Part shown: positions 14,217 to 24,600 of the stretch, in pieces | Layout: each line of letters opens with the position of its first letter | How positions within the stretch are numbered: position 1 is the stretch's first letter | Origin: Nemertoderma westbladi | Taxonomy: Eukaryota; Animalia; Xenacoelomorpha | Assembly (NCBI GenBank): GCA_032718475.1 | Contig: JAUCBJ010002389.1 | Coordinates: 1 to 32,517, forward strand | Length of the DNA stretch: 32,517 nt | Direction: 5' to 3' | Notes under the pieces: model-generated | Told to the model about the DNA's origin: nothing | The model's database searches: none | The model's input: the letters and a program-made list of their open reading frames with translations, nothing else | Position numbers and translations under genes: made by a program

Positions 14217-15229
14217 GAGTCCGATCGCAGACATTGACCCGCATTGTGCATTTACCTGTCTTTCCTTTGGACTCTCTGCGAAGTGGCGGTTCATTTGTCG
14301 GGTAATCCCCAACATCGAGCTGCTATTGGCACCACTCGACGAGGCAGTCAAGACTTTCCTAATGAAACTGGGTAACAGAGTAAACTTATCTGAAACCGAA
14401 CAGAAACTAATAGCGCTGCCAACAAGATTGGGAGGACTAGGCATACCCATTCCATCAGATCTTAGTAAGGAATACGATAACTCAAGAGCCATCAGTGAGC
14501 CATTGATGGAGCGACTTCCAACAGATACAATGGCCGATGTCAGGGAAAAACAGAAAGAAACATCCAAAGCTATCAAATCGGAGCAAAACATAAGGGTCGC
14601 AGAAGAAATACAAAGTATACAGGTCGCAATATCCCCAGTTCAGGAACAACTACGAATCTTATCTTCACAGAAGGGGGCATCGGCTTGGCTCAACACCAGA
14701 CCATCAACCCAGCACAACTATCACCTCACAAAGTCAGAGTTCAGGGATGCGATCCAGCTTAGGTTCGGATGGCAGTTGCAGGCGACACCGGCGGAATGTG
14801 CCTGTGGGGCGCGGTTCACAGTAAACCACGTTTTATCGTGCCCCACAGGTGGTTTTCCGTCGGTCCGTCACAATGAAATCAGAGATTTCATCGCCAACAC
14901 ATTAACCGAGGTTGCCCATGATATCTCAATCGAGCCTGTACTCCAACCAATCACTGGGGAAACATTCCATCGCTCTACAACCACAAGGGATGAGGGTGCT
15001 CGGTTAGATGTATCTGTCAGTGGTTTCTGGGGAGGTCGTTATGAGAAACTGTTGATTGATGTTTCTGTATTTAACCCCCTAGCACCATCCAATTCCTCTT
15101 TGGGCGTCGATAGAGCTTATACCCATCACGAGAACCGAAAGAGGGCCCAATATGAAGAAAGAGTTCGGGATGTAGAAATGTCAACGTTCTGTCCCTTCAT
15201 TCTAGCGGCTACTGGAGGAATGGGTTGTG
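14217..15229 (+). mobile_element. Fragment of a CRE-clade (RLE) non-LTR retrotransposon: post-RT thumb region, CCHC knuckle and PD-(D/E)xK endonuclease; truncated at both ends
   Basis: Open frame from 14218: SPIADIDPHCAF...KWRFICRVIP...LPTRLGGLGIP...GASAWL...LTKSEFRDAIQLRFGW, CACG-x6-H-x3-C, RHNEIRD, RLDV...LIDVSV...ENRKRAQYE...FCPFILAATGGMG. Residues after GGMG in ORF 14326..15480 are antisense RTE sequence. Confidence 0.88.
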
Positions 15230-16750
15230 TACTACTACTATCGTATCTTCAAGGCCTGTGTCCTTTAAGATGCGTCTCAAGAAAGTCATGGGCTGCCCAC
15301 CATGCTTATTCACTCCATGAGGCTGCCAAAGTACAAGATTATGCACTGGCTGGTCCTCACGGCGAAAGCAATGTCCTGCAAAGCGGAGGCGATTTTGTTC
15401 TAGTGTCAAGCTTGGGGGAACCAATGAGACACCTCCAATGTTATATAGTGTCTGGTTGGAGATGTGTGCATTGTACTTGACACAATGAACCCGGCGTAGC
15501 ATTCTTGTGAATGTGCCATCCAGAGATTTGGTGTCCTCAGCAGTTACAGTAGAGCGCAGCATGGACTCCCATAGAGGAGTACTGGAACTACTGCTGCTCT
15601 AAATAATCGTACCTTAAGTTTCCGATTAATTCTTGGTGACTTCCAAATCCTGGAAAGCCTATTCAAGGCTGCCCATGCCTTTCCCTTACGTATTCGAAGG
15701 TTCTCACCTGTCTTCCGGATCCATGATCCCAGGTAACAGAAGTCGTCCACATGCTCAAGCATACCATCCTTTGAGCTTATGCTCATCCGATCGGAGACTT
15801 GCTGAGGACTTTAAAAGTTAACTGTCAAAATTTTGGTCTTTCTGGAGTTAATAAAAAGACCAACACTAGAAGCAGCATGTTCTAATGAGCTGAGGAGCCT
15901 TTGGGATCCCTCTAGTGATTCCGAGAGTACTCCTAAGTCATCAGCAAAGTCTAGATCAGTTAGGTACTTGGCAGGATTTCCTCGACTTCTGGAGGCAGTA
16001 GGTGGAGTTATCATCACCCCATCATCATTATGATGATCTAAGGACATGCGTAGAACACAGTCAACCACAATTATGAACAAGAACGGTGCAAGTGTGTCTC
16101 CCTGGAGGACGCCCCATAACACTTCAAATGGTTCTGTGTCACCGTCAACAGTAGACACAAATGTTGTCGAACCATCGTATACTGATCTGATTGCTGCAAT
16201 AAATTCATCAGGAATCCCATATAATGAAAGTATGCTGAACATACGTGAGCGAGAAACTGAATGAAAGGCCTTGAAGAAGTCAACAAAGAAAACAGCCAGA
16301 TGCCTGTCTTTCTTTTTGGATAACTCTTCAATTATCCTTCTAAGTGCCAAAATGGGCTCCATGGTCCCACGACCTTTACGGAACCCATTCTGATTTCCAC
16401 GGAGCAGTCGCTCAATGGGATCCCTGATGCGATTTAATAGAATTCTATTGTATAGCTTTGCAGCAATCGAGATCAATGAGATTCCCCGAAAAGAACCATA
16501 GAGTCAGTGTTAGGTTGCCCTTCTTGGGAACTGGCACCAACTTGTTTGTTTTCATTTCTTGTGGGACTCTTGTTGTACGGTACATGTGATGGGATAGATG
16601 AGCTTTAAACACTCAAGTATTTTAAAGACCTCAGGGGGAACACCATCTACTCCACTGGCACGATTGGTCTTAATGCTCTTTGCAGCAGCCTTCACTTCTG
16701 CAAAGGAGATATCGCCAATGGGAATATCTGGGAGTACAGACTCAGACACT
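15230..16750 (-). mobile_element. 5'-truncated, inactivated RTE-type LINE (RT domain and C-terminus) with a short (TAG)n tail
   Basis: RASGVDGVPPEVFK, PVPKKG, RGISLISIAAKLYNRILLNRI, NQNGFRKGRGT, FVDFFKAF, GVLQGDTLAPFLF, LDFADD, FCYLGS, LLYGS, RLRFAGHCFR. Stop at 15811-15813, frameshifts near 16500-16570 and ~15560. Tail TAGTAGTAGTA at 15230-15240. No APE domain. Confidence 0.9.
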
Positions 16751-16989
16751 ATTACTTCTATAAAGTAAAAGATATGTTTATATCTTTGTATCTATGTTTT
16801 TTAATCATAAACAACCAAAAGCAAAAGCCATCCATGTTTATATTCAGATATTACTGGTATAAATACTACATTAAGTAAATAATTAGTACTACCGGTAGTG
16901 TAGTGCAGTAGTAAAGTACTGGAAAAACTGGCCTCTTTTGAAACAGGCCTATGCGCAAGCATGTTAGGCCGTATATATAGTAAGCCATG

Positions 16990-17280
16990 CCGGTAGTGAG
17001 TATAGCTGGATATGTTCAACCGGTAGTGAGTGTAGCTGGATATGTTCAACCGGTAGTGAGTGTAGCTGACGATGTTCAATCAGTTGTGAGTGTAACTCGG
17101 AGATGTTCAACCGGTAGTGAGTGTAGCTGGATATGTTCAACCGGTAGTGAGTGTAGCTGACGATGTTCAATCAGTTGTGAGTGTAACACGGAGATGTTCA
17201 ACCGGTAGTGAGTGTAGCGGGATATGTTGAACCGGTAGTGAGTATAGCTGGAGATGTTCAACCAGTAGTGGGTATATGTT
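16990..17280. repeat. 30/31-bp minisatellite, ~9.5 units, with a 91-bp higher-order duplication
   Basis: Unit ccggtagtgagtgtagctggatatgttcaa. The 31-bp variant tcagttgtgagtgtaac(t/a)cggagatgttcaa occurs at 17080 and 17171. Confidence 0.92.
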
Positions 17281-17723
17281 TTATTATTGGCCCCGTAATA
17301 AATTCGTCTCAAAGTTTTGTGTTTTAAATGTAAGTTATACATGGGGGTTCGTCTGCATTATGTATGGCAAGGGGGTCTGGCTTTTATACATGGTGATTAT
17401 ACATTTTTACCTTTGTCAATTGGTAATTAATTACTCCTGAACTGTCTAAAATAGTAATTGTTGCCAAAAAATGAGACCACTTCCAAAACACATACACTCT
17501 GACACTTTGCCAGGAACTGACTATGAATATATATAGTTTTGTATCTGTATTCGTTACGTAAATAATTGCATTTGATTTCATTTGATGATTTGCATTTCAT
17601 ACATACCACACTTCCAGATGGGGCTATGTATAAAAATATTATAGTAAGTCTATTCTTCGTATATTGTTACTACGTATATTTATAACAATTTGTTGATAGA
17701 CATTATAAGTAGTTTATTAACTA

Positions 17724-18446
17724 TTTACATCATTGTGTGCAAAGTAGCACTTTTCAGCATTATGAGCCGAGTTTATTTATGTACCGAGCGAGCGAAGCGA
17801 GGGAAGTTAACATAAATCAACAAGGGTCTTTGACGCTAAAAAGTGACCTTTGCAAGCAATGAGGTATGTAATTTTGTTACATTATGTCAACTAATCAGCG
17901 TTCGGTATGTGAAGAAAAGATTTTATGGATGTTCATTTAAACATTTTAATCATGTACTATATCGAATATAAGTGGAAATTTTTAACAGGTACACAGTATT
18001 AATTATATATTTAAATCTAATTAAAGTTTATTGGAAGTTATCTCCTGCTTGTATGTGATAATTCATTAATCCATCTTACTATAGTCGACTGAATCAAACT
18101 TAGTCACCGTCTGTGTCCGTTCAGTTTTATTGAATACTGTCGCCATTTTCTTTGGTTATTTTCTCTAACGTGTCGTCTATTGGACGTTTCGCCATAATGG
18201 ATCTTACACGTTAAACAATTATTTACATACAGTAGCTAGTCCCGTAACTGCAAATTGGATAATAAAGCAGCACTCATAAACATAAATGGAAATAATACAT
18301 TCTGGAATACGGTAATTGAAGTTGTTTCAATGTCATTGATTACTTTGCAGCGTTCCGTCCTATAGGCCGCAACTCTGCAAAGTAGTACTTTCAGCGTTAC
18401 GAGTAATTCACCAGAACGCTGTTAAGTTGACATAATGTAACAAAAT
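17724..18446. mobile_element. Non-autonomous element with a long hairpin, internal inverted repeats and a split direct repeat (possibly Crypton-type)
   Basis: Imperfect fold-back 17724-17870 with CGAGCGAAGCGAG near the apex. A ~36-bp IR at 17871-17906 versus 18410-18446 (outer 22 bp perfect). tgcaaagtag-acttt-cagc-tta-gag repeated at 17738 and 18376. Confidence 0.55.
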
Positions 18447-18460
18447 AGATTAACTTTAGA

Positions 18461-18572
18461 GAATGATTTTAGTAACATTATATGCTGTAACCTTTCAGAA
18501 TTATTTTAGTAACATTATAATATGCTGCATCATTTCAGAATGATTTTAGTAACATTATATGCTGCAACCTTT
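18461..18572. repeat. Three-copy ~37-40-bp tandem repeat
   Basis: gaat(g/t)attttagtaacatta(taa)tatgctg...tttca occurs three times. Confidence 0.85.
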
Positions 18573-18681
18573 ATATTGTGCGTTTCTTCTGCTGTTTACG
18601 ATCGTGAGTTAAGATTTCCAAAATACCATCCAATATATGTAAGTCTAATTCAGTCTACAGTACATAGTTGGTAAAGTGGAA

Positions 18682-21600
18682 TGAGGGGTAATTGATGAAT
18701 AGGTGGTGAGGCGAGGGTGTTGGTTGAGGGGTAGTTGATGGATAGGTGGTGAGGCGAGGGTGTTGGTTGAGGGGTGGTTGATGGGTAGGTGGTGTGGGGT
18801 AGTTGATGGGTAGGTGGTGAGGCGAGCGTGTTGGTTGAGGGGTAGTTGATGGGTAGGTGGTGAGGCGAGGGTGTTGGTTGAGGGGTAGTTGATGGATAGG
18901 TGGTGAGGCGAGGGTGTTGGTTGAGGGGTGGTTGATGGGTAGGTGGTGTGGGGTAGTTGATGGGTAGGTGGTGAGGCGAGCGTGTTGGTTGAGGGTAGTT
19001 GATGGGTAGGTGGTGAGGCGAGGGTGTTGGTTGAGGGGTAGTTGATGGATAGGTGGTGAGGCGAGGGTGTTGGTTGAGGGGTAGTTGATGGGTAGGTGGT
19101 GAGCGAGGGTGTTGGTTGAGGGGTAGTTGATGGGTAGGTGGTGAGGCGAGCGTGTTGGTTGAGGGGTAGTTGATGGATAGGTGGTGAGGCGAGGGTGTTG
19201 GTTGAGGGGTAGTTGATGGATAGGTGGTGAGGCTAGGGTGTTGGTTGAGGGGTAGTTGATGGGTAGGTGGTGAGGCGAGGGTGTTGGTTGAGGGGTAGTT
19301 GATGGATAGGTGGTGAGGCGAGGGTGTTGGTTGAGGGGTAGTTGATGGGTAGGTGGTGAGGCGAGGGTGTTGGTTGAGGGGTAGTTGATGGATAGGTGGT
19401 GAGGCGAGGGTGTTGGTTGAGGGGTAGTTGATGGATAGGTGGTGAGGCGAGGGTGTTGGTTGAGGGGTAGTTGATGGATAGGTGGTGAGGCGAGGGTGTT
19501 GGTTGAGGGGTAGTTGATGGGTAGGTGGTGAGGCGAGGGTGTTGGTTGAGGGGTAGTTGATGGATAGGTGGTGTGGGCTAGTTTATGGGTAGGTGGTGAG
19601 GCGAGGGTGTTGGTTGAGGGGTAGTTGATGGATCGGTGGTGAGGCGAGGGTGTTGGTTGAGGGGTAGTTGATGGGTAGGTGGTGAGGCGAGGGTGTTGGT
19701 TGAGGGGTAGTTGATGGATAGGTGGTGAGGCTAGGGTGTTGGTTGAGGGGTAGTTGATGGATAGGTGGTGAGGCGAGCGTGTTGGTTGAGGGGTAGTTGA
19801 TGGGTAGGTGGTGAGGCGAGGGTGTTGGTTGAGGGGTAGTTGATGAATAGGTGGTGAGGCGAGGGTGTTGGTTGAGGGGTAGTTGATGGGTAGGTGGTGA
19901 GGCGAGGGTGTTGGTTGAGGGGTAGTTGATGGGTAGGTGGTGAGGCGAGGGTGTTGGTTGAGGGGTAGTTGATGGGTAGGTGGTGAGGCGAGGGTGTTGG
20001 TTGAGGGGTAGTTGATGGATAGGTGGTGAGGCGAGGGTGTTGGTTGAGGGGTAGTTGATGGGTAGGTGGTGAGGCGAGGGTGTTGGTTGAGGGGTAGTTG
20101 ATGGGTAGGTGGTGAGGCGATGGTGTTGGTTGAGGGGTAGTTGATGGATAGGTGGTGAGGCGAGGGTGTTGGTTGAGGGGTAGTTGATGGGTAGGTGGTG
20201 TGGGGTAGTTGATGGAAAGGTGGTGAGGCGAGAGTGTTGGTTGGGGGTAGTTGATGGATAGGTGATGAGGCGAGGGTGTTGGTTGAGGGGTAGTTGATGG
20301 ATAGGTGGTGAGGCGAGGGTGTTGGTTGAGGGGTAGTTGATGGGTAGGTGGTGTGGGGTAGTTGATGGGTAGGTGGTGAGGCGAGCGTGTTGGTTGAGGG
20401 GTAGTTGATGGGTAGGTGGTGAGGCGAGGGTGTTGGTTGAGGGGTAGTTGATGGGTAGGTGGTGAGGCGAGGGTGTTGGTTGAGGGGTAGTTGATGGATA
20501 GGTGGTGAGGCGAGGGTGTTGGTTGAGGGGTAGTTGATGGGTAGGTGGTGAGGCGAGGGTGTTGGTTGAGGGGTAGTTGATGGGTAGGTGGTGAGGCGAG
20601 GGTGTTGGTTGAGGGGTAGTTGATGGGTAGGTGGTGAGGCGAGGGTGTTGGTTGAGGGGTAGTTGATGGGTAGGTGGTGAGGCGAGGGTGTTGGTTGAGG
20701 GGTAGTTGATGGGTAGGTGGTGAGGCGAGGGTGTTGGTTGAGGGGTAGTTGATGGGTAGGTGGTGTGGGGTAGTTGATGGGTAGGTGGTGAGGCGAGGGT
20801 GTTGGTTGAGGGGTAGTTGATGGATAGGTGGTGAGGCGAGGGTGTTGGTTGAGGGGTAGTTGATGGATAGGTGGTGAGGCGAGGGTGTTGGTTGAGGGGT
20901 AGTTGATGGGTAGGTGGTGAGGCGAGGGTGTTGGTTGAGGGGTAGTTGATGGGTAGGTGGTGAGGCGAGGGTGTTGGTTGAGGGGTAGTTGATGGGTAGG
21001 TGGTGAGGCGAGGGTGTTGGTTGAGGGGTAGTTGATGGGTAGGTGGTGAGGCGAGGGTGTTGGTTGAGGGGTAGTTGATGGGTAGGTGGTGTGGGGTAGT
21101 TGATGGAAGGTGGTGAGGCAGGTGTTGGTTGAGGGGTAGTTGATGGATAGGTGGTGAGGCGAGGGTGTTGGTTGAGGGGTAGTTGATGGATAGGTGGTGA
21201 GGCGAGGGTGTTGGTTGAGGGGTAGTTGATGGGTAGGTGGTGTGGGGTAGTTGATGGGTAGGTGGTGAGGCGAGCGTGTTGGTTGAGGGGTAGTTGATGG
21301 GTAGGTGGTGAGGCGAGGGTGTTGGTTGAGGGGTAGTTGATGGATAGGTGGTGAGGCGAGGGTGTTGGTTGAGGGGTAGTTGATGGGTAGGTGGTGAGGC
21401 GAGGGTGTTGGTTGAGGGGTAGTTGATGGATAGGTGGTGAGGCGAGGGTGTTGGTTGAGGGGTAGTTGATGGATAGGTGGTGAGGCGAGGGTGTTGGTTG
21501 AGGGGTAGTTGATGGGTAGGTGGTGAGGCGAGGGTGTTGGTTGAGGGGTAGTTGATGGGTAGGTGGTGAGGCGAGGGTGTTGGTTGAGGGGTAGTTGATG

Positions 21601-24600
21601 GATAGGTGGTGAGGCGAGGGTGTTGGTTGAGGGGTAGTTGATGGGTAGGTGGTGAGGCGAGGGTGTTGGTTGAGGGGTAGTTGATGGATAGGTGGTGAGG
21701 CGAGGGTGTTGGTTGAGGGGTAGTTGATGGGTAGGTGGTGTGGGGTAGTTGATGGGTAGGTGGTGAGGCGAGGGTGTTGGTTGAGGGGTAGTTGATGGGT
21801 AGGTGGTGAGGCGAGGGTGTTGGTTGAGGGGTAGTTGATGGATAGGTGGTGAGGCGAGGGTGTTGGTTGAGGGGTGGTTGATGGGTAGGTGGTGTGGGGT
21901 AGTTGATGGGTAGGTGGTGAGACGAGCGTGTTGGTTGAGGGGTAGTTGATGGATAGGTGGTGAGGCGAGGGTGTTGGTTGAGGGGTAGTTGATGGATAGG
22001 TGGTGAGGCGAGGGTGTTGGTTGAGGGGTAGTTGATGGGTAGGTGGTGAGGCGAGGGTGTTGGTTGAGGGGTAGTTGATGGATAGGTGGTGAGGCTAGGG
22101 TGTTGGTTGAGGGGTAGTTGATGGGTAGGTGGTGAGGCGAGGGTGTTGGTTGAGGGGTAGTTGATGGGTAGGTGGTGAGGCGAGGGTGTTGGTTGAGGGG
22201 TAGTTGATGGATAGGTGGTGAGGCGAGGGTGTTGGTTGAGGGGTAGTTGATGGATAGGTGGTGAGGCGAGGGTGTTGGTTGAGGGGTAGTTGATGGGTAG
22301 GTGGTGTGGGGTAGTTGATGGGTAGGTGGTGAGGCGAGCGTGTTGGTTAAGGGGTAGTTGATGGGTAGGTGGTGAGGCGAGGGTGTTGGTTGAGGGGTAG
22401 TTGATGAATAGGTGGTGAGGCTAGGGTGTTGGTTGAGGGGTAGTTGATGGGTAGGTGGTGAGGCGAGGGTGTTGGTTGAGGGGTAGTTGATGGGTAGGTG
22501 GTGAGGCGAGGGTGTTGGTTGAGGGGTAGTTGATGGTTAGGTGGTGAGGCGAGGGTGTTGGTTGAGGGGTAGTTGATGGGTAGGTGGTGTGGGGTAGTTG
22601 ATGGGTAGGTGGTGAGGCGAGCGTGTTGGTTAAGGGGTAGTTGATGGGTAGGTGGTGAGGCGAGGGTGTTGGTTGAGGGGTAGTTGATGAATAGGTGGTG
22701 AGGCTAGGGTGTTGGTTGAGGGGTAGTTGATGGGTAGGTGGTGAGGCGAGGGTGTTGGTTGAGGGGTAGTTGATGGGTAGGTGGTGAGGCGAGGGTGTTG
22801 GTTGAGGGGTAGTTGATGGGTAGGTGGTGTGGGGTAGTTGATGGGTAGGTGGTGAGGCGAGCGTGTTGGTTAAGGGGTAGTTGATGGGTAGGTGGTGAGG
22901 CGAGGGTGTTGGTTGAGGGGTAGTTGATGGGTAGGTGGTGAGGCGAGGGTGTTGGTTGAGGGGTAGTTGATGGATAGGTGGTGAGGCTAGGGTGTTGGTT
23001 GAGGGGTAGTTGATGGGTAGGTGGTGAGGCGAGGGTGTTGGTTGAGGGGTAGTTGATGGGTAGGTGGTGAGGCGAGGGTGTTGGTTGAGGGGTAGTTGAT
23101 GGGTAGGTGGTGTGGGGTAGTTGATGGGTAGGTGGTGAGGCGAGCGTGTTGGTTGAGGGGTAGTTGATGGGTAGGTGGTGAGGCGAGGGTGTTGGTTGAG
23201 GGGTAGTTGATGGGTAGGTGGTGAGGCGAGGGTGTTGGTTGAGGGGTAGTTGATGGGTAGGTGGTGAGGCGAGGGTGTTGGTTGAGGGGTAGTTGATGGG
23301 TAGGTGGTGAGGCGAGGGTGTTGGTTGAGGGGTAGTTGATGGATAGGTGGTGAGGCGAGGGTGTTGGTTGAGGGGTAGTTGATGGGTAGGTGGTGTGGGG
23401 TAGTTGATGGGTAGGTGGTGAGGCGAGGGTGTTGGTTGAGGGGTAGTTGATGGGTAGGTGGTGAGGCGAGGGTGTTGGTTGAGGGGTAGTTGATGGATAG
23501 GTGGTGAGGCGAGGGTGTTGGTTGAGGGGTAGTTGATGGGTAGGTGGTGTGGGGTAGTTGATGGGTAGGTGGTGTGGGCTAGTTTATGGGTAGGTGGTGA
23601 GGCGAGGGTGTTGGTTGAGGGGTAGTTGATGGATAGGTGGTGAGGCGAGGGTGTTGGTTGAGGGGTAGTTGATGGATAGGTGGTGAGGCTAGGGTGTTGG
23701 TTGAGGGGTAGTTGATGGGTAGGTGGTGAGGCGAGGGTGTTGGTTGAGGGGTAGTTGATGAATATGTGATGAGGCGAGGGTGTTGGTTGATGGGTAGTTG
23801 ATGGATCGGTGGTGAGGCGAGGGTGTTGGTTGAGGGGTAGTTGATGGGTAGGTGGTGAGGCGAGGGTGTTGGTTGAGGGGTAGTTGATGGGTAGGTGGTG
23901 TGGGGTAGTTGATGAATAGGTGATGAGGCGAGGGTGTTGGTTGAGGGGTAGTTGATGGATCGGTGGTGAGGCGAGGGTGTTGGTTGAGGGGTAGTTGATG
24001 GGTAGGTGGTGAGGCGAGGGTGTTGGTTGAGGGGTAGTTGATGGATAGGTGGTGAGGCGAGGGTGTTGGTTGAGGGGTAGTTGATGGATACGTGGTGAGG
24101 CGAGGGTGTTGGTTGAGGGGTAGTTGATGGGTAGGTGGTGTGGGGTAGTTGATGGGTAGGTGGTGAGGCGAGGGTGTTGGTTGAGGGGTAGTTGATGGAT
24201 AGGTGGTGAGGCGAGGGTGTTGGTTGAGGGGTAGTTGATGGATAGGTGGTGAGGCGAGGGTGTTGGTTGAGGGGTAGTTGATGGATACGTGGTGAGGCGA
24301 GGGTGTTGGTTGAGGGGTAGTTGATGGGTAGGTGGTGTGGGGTAGTTGATGGGTAGGTGGTGAGGCGAGGGTGTTGGTTGAGGGGTAGTTGATGGATAGG
24401 TGGTGAGGCGAGGGTGTTGTTTGAGGGGTAGTTGATGGATAGGTGGCGAGGCGAGGGTGTTGGTTGAGGGGTAGTTGATGGGTAGGTGGTGTGGGGTAGT
24501 TGATGGGTAGGTGGTGAGGCGAGGGTGTTGGTTGAGGGGTAGTTGGTGGAAAGGTGGTGAGGCAGAGTGTTGGTTGGGGGTAGTTGATGAATAGGTGATG

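Noticed and set aside
15230-15480. C-terminal ~80 aa of the 384-aa ORF
   Set aside because: Read-through into the antisense strand of the RTE; not CRE protein.
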